Shown here in pieces: positions 1 through 8,006 of a stretch of DNA of 64,000 bases. Below the pieces are notes generated by a model, which ran no database searches, had not been told where the DNA came from, and saw only the letters and a program-made list of their open reading frames with translations. A program made the position numbers and the translations under genes. The stretch is taken from contig CBDIIB010000004.1 in NCBI GenBank assembly GCA_965279525.1, positions 1,056,001 through 1,120,000 on the forward strand, read 5' to 3'. The stretch comes from Tagaea sp. Its GTDB lineage: Bacteria; Pseudomonadota; Alphaproteobacteria; CACIAM-22H2. Positions within the stretch are counted from its first letter, which is position 1; every line of letters starts with the position of its first letter.

Positions 1-1278
1 CGCCATGCCGAAGCGCTCGCCTTGCTGGGCGAAGCGCGCGCGGAGCAGAGCTGGCTTTTCACGCTCAACTACGCGCCGGGCGTGCCGGCCGAGATGGTCG
101 CCGACGCCTATCGTGCGTGGGGCCAGCGCCATGCCGAACCGCTGCGCGCCTTGTGGCCAAAGCATCCGGCCACGCGCGAACCTAAGCAGCGTCTGCGCGT
201 CGGTCTCGTGTCGTGCGACCTGCGCACCCATTCCATGCAGCACTTCCTGCTGCCGGCGCTCGCCAATCTCGATCCGGCCCGCATCGAGCTTTTCCTCTAT
301 TCGGCGACCAGCAAGGAAGACGCGGTCACGCAACGCTACCGCGCCCTTGCCGCCGGCTTCGTCGACATCGACGGCGTCGACGACGCGACGGCGGCAGCCC
401 GCATCGCCGCCGACCGGATCGACATCCTGATCGACGCGTCGGGCCACACCGGCGGCAACCGGCTGACGCTGTTCGCGCGCAAGCCCGCACCCGTGCAGGT
501 CACGTGGCTCGCCTACGGCACCACGACCGGTGTTTCGGCGATCGACTGGTTTCTCGGCGACGCGCGGCTGGTGCCGCCGGGCGGCGAGAAATACTTCATC
601 GAGGGCGTGTGGCGGCTGCCGACGACCTATTGCTACGCGCCGCCCGAGAACGCCCCCGACGTCGCGCCGCTTGCCGCCACCCAAGCCGGTGCCGTCACGT
701 TCGGCTGCTTCTCGCGTACGATCCGGCTCAACGACATGACGCTCGCCGCATGGGGCGAGATCCTGCGCCGGCTGCCGGCAAGCCGCCTGAAGCTCGACTC
801 CCTGCCCTTCGCCGATGAAACCATGCGCGCGGATTTCGCCGGGCGCCTCGTCAAGTTCGGGGCGAAACCGGGACAGCTCGCGATCGGCTACACCACGCCG
901 CAGTCGCGCGTGTGGGAGGCTTACGGCGAAGTCGACATCGCCCTCGATCCGTTCCCGCACAATGCCGGGGCGACCACGTTCGAAGCGCTGTGGCAGGGGG
1001 TGCCGGTGCTCTCGAAACGCGACCGCATCCCGGTCGGCCGGTTCGGCGATTCGATCCTGGGGGCCGCCGGGCTTGGCGACTGGGTCGTGGATACGGTCGA
1101 CCAATATGTGTCAATGGCCGTACAACGGGCGAACGATCCGGCGGCATTGGCCGCACTCCGGGCCGGCATGCGCGAACGCCTTCGGGCGAGCGAGCTTACC
1201 GATGCGGCCCTTTTCGGTCAGCGACTTAGCCAAGCCCTGCACGATATGTGGAGCCGTCCCGCGTCCGGGAATCCTTGA
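1..1278 (+). CDS. GT41 (SPINDLY/OGT-like) glycosyltransferase, C-terminal catalytic part; 5' end outside the window
   Basis: Frame is open from base 1. Motifs DILIDASGHT, KPAPVQVTWLAYGTTTG and DIALDPFPHNAGATTFEALWQGVPV are typical of GT41. Confidence 0.85.
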   Translation, partial: RHAEALALLGEARAEQSWLFTLNYAPGVPAEMVADAYRAWGQRHAEPLRALWPKHPATREPKQRLRVGLVSCDLRTHSMQHFLLPALANLDPARIELFLYSATSKEDAVTQRYRALAAGFVDIDGVDDATAAARIAADRIDILIDASGHTGGNRLTLFARKPAPVQVTWLAYGTTTGVSAIDWFLGDARLVPPGGEKYFIEGVWRLPTTYCYAPPENAPDVAPLAATQAGAVTFGCFSRTIRLNDMTLAAWGEILRRLPASRLKLDSLPFADETMRADFAGRLVKFGAKPGQLAIGYTTPQSRVWEAYGEVDIALDPFPHNAGATTFEALWQGVPVLSKRDRIPVGRFGDSILGAAGLGDWVVDTVDQYVSMAVQRANDPAALAALRAGMRERLRASELTDAALFGQRLSQALHDMWSRPASGNP

Positions 1279-1302
1279 CTTTCACGGGGAAAACCCTATT
1301 TT
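1275..1302 (+). promoter_or_regulatory. Putative sigma70 promoter for the DEAD-box helicase
   Basis: TTGACT-N16-TATTTT about 175 nt upstream of ATG 1478. Confidence 0.45.
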
Positions 1303-1477
1303 CCGACCGTCGCCAAGGGTTTTTGTGCGACTGCGAAGGAACGCCGCATCCCGTGTTCCGTCTGTGGTCCCCGCCGATCCTCGTCAGGACGTCGGGCGCC
1401 AGTCGCGGGCACGATGCACGCGACGCGCCGCCGAAGCGGAACGCGGCGCCATAAACCCGAAAGAAGATCGCAAGAAA

Positions 1478-3169
1478 ATGGAATTCAAAGATTTGGGCCT
1501 GTCGGAGCCGGTGCTCCAGGCCATCGCGGACGCGGGCTATACGACCCCCACGCCGATCCAGGAAAAAGCAATTCCCTACGTTCAGATGGGCCGCGACGTT
1601 CTCGGCTGCGCCCAGACCGGAACCGGCAAGACCGCCGGCTTCACGCTGCCGATGATCGACGCGCTCAGCCAGGGCCGCGCCAAGGCGCGCATGCCGCGCT
1701 CGCTGATCCTCGAGCCGACGCGCGAACTCGCCGCACAGGTCGCCGAGAACTTCGACAAGTACGGCAAGTACCTCAAGCTCACCAAGGCGCTGCTGATCGG
1801 CGGCGTGTCGATGGACGAGCAGGAGAAGGCGCTCGACCGCGGCGTGGACGTGCTGATCGCCACCCCCGGCCGCCTGATGGACCTGTTCGACCGCGGCCGC
1901 ATCCTGCTGCACGACGTCAAGATCCTCGTCATCGACGAAGCCGACCGCATGCTCGACATGGGCTTCATCCCCGACGTCGAACGCATCGTGGGCCTGCTGC
2001 CGCCGCTGCGCCAGACGCTGTTCTTCTCGGCCACGATGGCGCCGGAAATCCGCAAGCTCGCCGACCGGTTCCTCACCAACCCCAAGGAAGTCGCGGTCTC
2101 GGCCCCCGCCGCCACCGCCGACACCGTGCTGCAGGGCTTCGTCATGGTGCCCGAGCGCGAGAAGCGCGAAGCGCTGCGCCGGCTCATCCAGGCCGAGCAG
2201 ATCAAGAACGCGCTCGTGTTCTGCAACCGCAAGCGCGACGTCGACATCCTGTGGAAGTCGCTCAAGCGCCACGGCTTCTCGGTCGGCGCGCTGCATGGCG
2301 ACATGGACCAGGGCACGCGCACCGAGACGCTCGAAGGCTTCAAGAAGGGCGACGTGCAGATCCTCGTGTGCTCCGACGTCGCCGCGCGCGGCCTCGACAT
2401 CGGCGGCCTGTCGCACGTCTTCAATTTCGACGTGCCGATCAACGCCGAGGATTACGTCCACCGCATCGGCCGCACGGGCCGTGCCGGGCGCTCGGGCGTG
2501 GCCTACACGCTCGCCAGCCCCGACGATTTCAAGTTCATGTCGGCGATCGAACGCCTGATCGGCAAGAAGATCCCGCCGCTGGCGGTCGAGGGCTTCATCG
2601 CCCCCGTCGGCGACGGCAGCCCCGAACCCGCGCGCGAAGAGCGCGGCGGTCGCGGTGGCCGTGGCGGACGCGGCGGCTCGGGCGGCGGTCGCGATCGTGG
2701 CGGTCGCAGCGGTGGGGGCGAACGCGGCCCCCGGCGCTCGCACCACGCCGATCACGCCAACGACAGCGCCCCGATGCCGGCGAATTCCGGCTGGGGCCCC
2801 TCGACTGAAGCGCGGGCGACTGAAGCGCGGGCGACGGACGCACCGGCATCGGCAACGCCGGTCGCGGCGGACGCCGCAGCACCGGCACCGATCGAATTCG
2901 CCGCGGCCCCGGTCGAAGCCTTCGTGCCGGTCGTGGTCACGCCGGCCGTGTCCACCCCCGTCGAGCCCACCCCCATCGCGAACCGCGAGCGCGCACCCCG
3001 CCGCGAGCGGGAACGCAAGCCCCAGCGCGAACGCGAGCCGCACCAGGACCGCGAACCGCGTCACGAACGCGAACCGCAGCAGGCGGGTGCCGGTGCCCCC
3101 GGCGGCCGCGGCTTCGACGACGACGGCGTGCCCGCCTTCCTGTTGCGCGGCAAGCGCGCGGCTGGCTAA
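1478..3169 (+). CDS. DEAD-box RNA helicase (RhlE-like) with low-complexity RGG/charged C-terminal tail
   Basis: Q motif GYTTPTPIQ, AQTGTGKT, PTRELA, DEAD, SAT, ARGLD and HRIGRTGRAG. Start moved to ATG 1478 (MEFKDLGL). Confidence 0.93.
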   Translation: MEFKDLGLSEPVLQAIADAGYTTPTPIQEKAIPYVQMGRDVLGCAQTGTGKTAGFTLPMIDALSQGRAKARMPRSLILEPTRELAAQVAENFDKYGKYLKLTKALLIGGVSMDEQEKALDRGVDVLIATPGRLMDLFDRGRILLHDVKILVIDEADRMLDMGFIPDVERIVGLLPPLRQTLFFSATMAPEIRKLADRFLTNPKEVAVSAPAATADTVLQGFVMVPEREKREALRRLIQAEQIKNALVFCNRKRDVDILWKSLKRHGFSVGALHGDMDQGTRTETLEGFKKGDVQILVCSDVAARGLDIGGLSHVFNFDVPINAEDYVHRIGRTGRAGRSGVAYTLASPDDFKFMSAIERLIGKKIPPLAVEGFIAPVGDGSPEPAREERGGRGGRGGRGGSGGGRDRGGRSGGGERGPRRSHHADHANDSAPMPANSGWGPSTEARATEARATDAPASATPVAADAAAPAPIEFAAAPVEAFVPVVVTPAVSTPVEPTPIANRERAPRRERERKPQREREPHQDREPRHEREPQQAGAGAPGGRGFDDDGVPAFLLRGKRAAG

Positions 3170-3205
3170 CCTTCGCTGACGTTAAGCTTCGGGGAGACCG
3201 CCGCC

Positions 3206-3442
3206 ATGCAGACGATCTTCATCATGGTCAAATGCGAACTCGGCCGCGCCTACGACGTGGCCGAGGCGGCGATGGAGACTGAGCAGGTCTCCGAAGTCTT
3301 CTCGATCTCCGGCCAGTACGACCTGCACTTCAAGTGCTACCTGCCCGACGATGCCGACGTCGGCCATTTCGTGATGGGCATCCAGAAGATCGCCGGCGTG
3401 AAGGACACCTTCACGCTGATCACGTTCAAGGCGTTCGGGTAG
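3206..3442 (+). CDS. Stand-alone Lrp/AsnC ligand-binding domain protein
   Basis: 78 aa with VSEVFSISGQYDL and IAGVKDTFTLI; RBS GGGGAG upstream. Confidence 0.85.
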   Translation: MQTIFIMVKCELGRAYDVAEAAMETEQVSEVFSISGQYDLHFKCYLPDDADVGHFVMGIQKIAGVKDTFTLITFKAFG

Positions 3443-3495
3443 CGCTCCCCTCACCGCAGCAATGCATCCGGCGCCTGCGCGAACGACGTCGGATT

Positions 3496-3777
3496 TCAGC
3501 CGAGCCCCAATTTGCTTCGGAGCGATGCGTCGTCGTGGCCATTGCGTACGGCCGCCCGGAAAGCTTCGATGGCGCCAGGCAGATCGCCGGTATGCACTAA
3601 CGCCACCGCAAGAAGATGATGTGCGCCGCCGTCAGAAGGCGCGCCGCACAAGTGCGCCTTGATCTCCTCGCGGGCTCCCTGAAAGTCACCGGCCAGCGCC
3701 CGACCGAAGGCGCGCTCTCGCGCTGACAGGACGCGCTGGAATCCCGGATCGACGTTGCGCTCGCTCGAATCGTACAT
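3496..3777 (-). CDS. Small TPR-like protein, possibly truncated
   Basis: AHHLLAVALVHTGDLPGAIEAFRAAV fits a TPR helix pair; AT-rich upstream region at 3780-3910. Confidence 0.5.
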   Translation of the reverse strand: MYDSSERNVDPGFQRVLSARERAFGRALAGDFQGAREEIKAHLCGAPSDGGAHHLLAVALVHTGDLPGAIEAFRAAVRNGHDDASLRSKLGLG

Positions 3778-3964
3778 CCTGAAGCCCCAAACCTGCCGAC
3801 AAAGGCCATTCTAAGAAATTTGCCGCGATCATTATACGTCCTATGATAGTATTTCATTTCGACCTGGTAACGGCCATGTCGACAACCGCTCGCGTTCAAG
3901 ACGATTTGTAGTTCCCCGCCCTGCCGGGACTCCTCGTAAACCCCGTCGCGTGCTTCGCTGCCGG

Positions 3965-4970
3965 CTAGTCGACCGGCGCCAGCGGCCCGGCCGTCAACCG
4001 GTCGACTTCGTACCAGGACTTCATCCGCATCCAGTCCCACGGCACGTCTGCGGGATCGAGGACGAGCGCGCATCCGCGACAGTCGATCAGGTACGCCACT
4101 TCATTCCCCCGGATCGCGGGCGCGATGTTCGATTTCGGCAGGGCGTCCGCCGAAACCGTTTCCGTGAGCGTGAATGTCAGGCGCATGGGTGCGTCGACCC
4201 GATAGATCTTGCGCCATTGCCGGCTGTATCTGGCACCGAGGAAATGCTGGTACGACGACAGCCCGAGCTCCAAGCCGCCGGCTTCGACATCCCCGGCCTG
4301 TCCGTCGATCCGGCCGATTTCCACGACGGCCGGCAGCACGATCGCGATGTCGAGCGGCGCACCGGCCCTCGCATGCAGCAGGGTCGCAAGCTGGTCGTAG
4401 AAGCCGAATGCCGGCTTCTCCTTCAGTGCCACCCGCTCGACCGGTGCGCCGGCGCGCGTTCGTTCCTGCGCCTCCTCGAAGGACAGCAGGCGTCCGCCGT
4501 GCCCGGAAGGCCACGCCGAAAAACGGATCGAGGAATATCCCGCGCGGGCCGATGGCGACGGCCAGCGCGCTATGCCCGCCGTTTGAAAGGCCGACAAGAT
4601 CGAACTGCCGGCTCGCGAGGTTCTCGGAGCGCAACAGGAAGGCCAGCATGGCGGCCGCGGCGTCGCACTCCCCCTTGCGCAGGAAAAGCTCGATCGCCCC
4701 GCGCGGCACCCGCATGAATTCCGGCAGGTGACGGTGCGACAGAAACGGCGTGATGCGCCGGATCCACGGATCTTCGCCGGCCGTCCATTGACCGGCGGAC
4801 CAGCGCGCAAGTGCAAACGCCTTCTCTTCGTCGTCCAGGCCGGCCGCACCCGCCTGCACCACCACATCGCGCGCGGCCCGGCCGGCGACGATTTCCACGA
4901 CAAGGCGCGGCAGGGCGGCCAGAAGCGCCAGACCTGCAAACAGCGCGACCGCTCGCGTGACGTTCTTCAC
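3965..4970 (-). CDS. Membrane-anchored transglutaminase-like protein; one frameshift near 4503
   Basis: GTG 4970 with GGGGAG RBS and a hydrophobic N-terminus. GECDAAAAMLAFLL...GHSAL...FLDPFFG gives a Cys-His-Asp pattern. Removing one G joins it to the frame ending at 3965. Confidence 0.6.
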
Positions 4971-5045
4971 TTCCGACTCCCCATCCCCTTGGCGACATCC
5001 TAGGGAACGCGGTCCGTCCGGAATACGTGCTATGATCGTATTACT

Positions 5046-5140
5046 TACATATGTATTTATAGTTGTATTTAGTCCTTCACCGGGATATAAGTCCAGCATT
5101 GGCCGAAACCATCCGGCCATGCGCTGTTTGAACCGGTGAA
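5046..5140 (+). promoter_or_regulatory. Leader of dispersed element copy 1: sigma70-like promoter, hairpin and boxA-like site
   Basis: TTGTAT (5063-5068)-N17-TATAAG (5086-5091); hairpin TGGCCG/CGGCCA 5100-5119; GCTGTTTGAA 5123-5132. All conserved in copy 2. Confidence 0.6.
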
Positions 5141-5156
5141 TATGGAACGGCAGCCA

Positions 5157-5403
5157 GCCGCAAGGTTTGGTTGACGGCGTGCGATTTCCGTCAACGTCAA
5201 CTGGCTTTCGTGGAAAATCAAGGGCATGGCCTGTTGACGGTCAACGCCCGTCAACTTCCGTCAACGACCCGCGTCAACTTCCGTCAACACGGCCGCAAGA
5301 ATGACGAGACATGCGCATGTGACGTCGCATGTCGCATCGGTTTCGTGGCGGATCAACGGGTTGGACAGGAGACGGTAACATGACGTCTCCTCGTGTCTCG
5401 TCA
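5157..5403. repeat. Two tandem palindromic units (135-bp period): unit A with GTTGACGG/CCGTCAAC arms, unit B with TGACGAGAC/GTCTCGTCA-type arms
   Basis: Nine GTTGAC/GTCAAC hexamers in 5170-5288. GCCGCAAG at 5157 and 5292; TTTCGTGG-N3-ATCAA at 5206 and 5341. Confidence 0.8.
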
Positions 5404-5507
5404 CCCTCACCCCGCAACGTATACGTTGCGCCTCTCCCGCAGGCGGGAGAGGGGACGCACCGGTCGAGTCCCCTCTCCCCTCCGGGGAGAGGGTTAGGGT
5501 GAGGGGG
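5404..5507. repeat. REP-like palindrome doublet (CCCTCACCC...CCTCTCCC-loop-GGGAGAGGG, two inverted copies)
   Basis: Hairpins at 5431-5452 and 5471-5493, just after the mrcA stop; homologous doublet at 54539-54635. Confidence 0.85.
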
Positions 5508-5513
5508 ACGGTC

Positions 5514-7933
5514 CTAATAAATCCCGTCGCTCGTCTCGCCGCCTTGCGTGGAAATTCCCTGCAGCGGCGACGTGAACTGCCCTGCCCCGTCGAGCACCTG
5601 CTGGTCGGCGCGCACTTCGGTGCCGGGCTTGAAGGCTTCCCAGATCGCGTCGCGTTCGCCGGGGCGTGCGGGGGCCCCGCTCTGCGGGTTGACGCGCACG
5701 AGCCGGATGCCCGGCGGCGTGCGGAACGGCACCACCGGCGTGCCCTGCAGCACTTCGGCCATCACGTCGCGGAAGATGGGCACCGCGACCGAAGAGCCGG
5801 TCTCGTTGGGCCCCAGCGTGCGCGGCGCGTCGAACCCGACCCACACGCCGACCGCAAGGTCGGGCGAGAAGCCCAGGAACCACGCATCGAACGAATCGTT
5901 CGTGGTCCCCGTCTTGCCGCCGAGCGGACGGTTGAGGTCGCGCAGGCGGCGCGCGGTGCCGCGTTCGACCACGCCCTGCAGCATCGACACCATCTGGAAG
6001 GCGCTGAGCGGATCGACCGCCTGCGCGCGCATGTCGGGCAGTTCGGGCGGTGCCGAGTCCGGCAGCCACACGTCGATGCGGCAGGCCTCGCAGGCGCGCG
6101 TGTCGTGGCGGAACACGGTGCGGCCCTCGCGGTCCTGCACGCGGTCGATCAGCGTGGGTTCGATGCGCTTGCCGCCATTGACGAACATCGCGTAGGCCGT
6201 GGTCATGCGCATCAACGTCGTCTCGCCCGCGCCCAGCGCCATCGCAAGGCTGGGTGCCAGCTTGTCGACCACGCCGAGCCGCTCGGCGCTCTCCGCGACC
6301 TTGTCCATGCCGACGGCCTGCGCCAGCCGGATCGTCATCAGGTTGCGCGACTGTTCGATGCCCACGCGCATCGGCGACGGCCCGTAGAAATTCCGCGAAT
6401 AGTTGGCCGGACGCCACGGCGGCAGGCCCGGCCCCTGGTCGACGACGATGGGCGCGTCGAGGATCAGGCTCGCCGGCGAGAAGTTGCTGTCGAGTGCGGG
6501 CAGATAGACGAACGGCTTGAACGACGAGCCGGGCTGGCGCTGGGCCTGCGTGGCGCGGTTGAACTGGGAAAGCTCGTAGCTCCACCCGCCGACGAGGGCG
6601 CGCACGCGCCCGGTGTGCGGGTCCATCGCGACCACGCCGCCGCCCACGTTGGGGATCTGGCGCAGGGCGAAGCGCTTCGCCGCCGCAAGCGGTTCGACCA
6701 GCACGATGTCGCCCACCGCCACGACGTCGGCGGGCACGCGCACGGCGGGGCCCACGCGCTGTTCCTTCTCGGTGCGCCGCGCCCAGCGCATCTCCTCGAC
6801 CGGCAACGCGCCCGTCGTGCCGTCGGCGAACGCGATCTCGGCGGCGTCGTTGGCAAGGGCTCGCACCAGCGCCAATTGCCATTCGGCGGCCGCACCGCCG
6901 GGCCGCGGATATGCCGCAAGCTGGCGGCGCCAGTCGGTAACACTGGCATCGATCCTTGCCGACCGGCCCGCGCCAGCCGTGGCGCCGGTCGTAGGCGAGC
7001 AGGCCCCGGCGCAGGGCCGCCTCGGCGGCCGCCTGGGTCTTGGGGTCCATCGTCGTACGCACGTTGAGCCCGCCGCGGAACAGGTCGCGCTCGCCGAAGC
7101 GCGCCAGCAGTTCGCGGCGCACCTCCTCGGCGAAATAGTCGGCGCGCACGGTGTCTTCGGGGCCGCGCTGGCGCGTGATGATCGGCGTCTGCGCGCGCGT
7201 TCTCGTAGTCGCCCGGCGTGATGTGGCCGTCTTCCAGCATGCGGCCCAGCACCCAGTCGCGCCGCTCGCGCGCGCGCTCCATGTAGCGGCGCGGGTCGTA
7301 GTTGTTGGGCGCTTTGGGGAGCACGGCGAGGAACGCGGCTTCGGCCAGCGACAGCTCGTCGAGCGAACGGTCGAAATAGTTGGTCGCGGCCGAAGCAACG
7401 CCATAGGCGCCGAAGCCCAGATAGATCTCGTTGAGATAGAGCTCGAGGATGCGCCGCTTGGAAAGCGACTCCTCGATGCGCAGCGCGAGGATCGCTTCCT
7501 TGGCCTTGCGCTCGAGCGACACCTCGTTGGTCAGCAGCATGTTCTTGGCGACCTGCTGCGTGATCGTCGATGCGCCCACCGGCCGGCGGGCGCCCAGGTT
7601 CGTGATGTTCTGGAAGGCCGCGCGCGCGATGTCGGGCAGGCTCACGCCGGGATGCGTGAAGAACGTCTTGTCTTCGGCCGCGAGGAACGCGTTGACCACA
7701 CGCCGCGGGATCGCGTCGAACGGCACGAAGGTGCGCCGCTCGATGGCGAACTCGGCAAGGATGCGCCCGTCGGCCGCGTGCACGCGCGTGGTGACCGATG
7801 TCTGGTAGGCGGCAAGCGTCTTGTGGTCGGGCAGGCCGCGGCCGAAATACCAGAAGCCGCCAAGCGTCGCCGCCGTCCCGCCGACGAGGCCGAGAAAAAT
7901 CAGAACGACAAGGGCGATGATCCCACGACGCAT
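5514..7933 (-). CDS. mrcA: Penicillin-binding protein 1A (class A PBP); two frameshifts near 7195 and 6954, probably sequencing errors
   Basis: Transglycosylase motifs AEDKTFFTHPG, GASTITQQVAKN, RKAKE and LYLNEIYLG; transpeptidase motifs SSFK, SRN and KTGT; spread over three consecutive frames; next to amiC. Confidence 0.92.
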
Positions 7934-8006
7934 GGTGCGGTCCGTCCGGCTTCAGTGCGGGGCAGACTATACGCCAGTGCCGTTGGCCTGTCGCGGCCCC
8001 GGATGA

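Noticed and set aside
5069-5383. Short ORFs across the element (5069..5254 minus, 5171..5383 plus, and 53963..54433 minus in copy 2)
   Set aside because: Frames are not conserved between copies, starts are weak and codon usage is atypical.
5157-5403. CRISPR array interpretation of the GTCAAC repeats
   Set aside because: Repeats are 6-8 nt, in both orientations and irregularly spaced; there are no 23-47-nt repeats with unique spacers and no cas genes.
5514-7933. mrcA as a pseudogene or programmed frameshift
   Set aside because: All catalytic motifs are intact, there is no slippery heptamer, and the same single-base error pattern recurs across the window.
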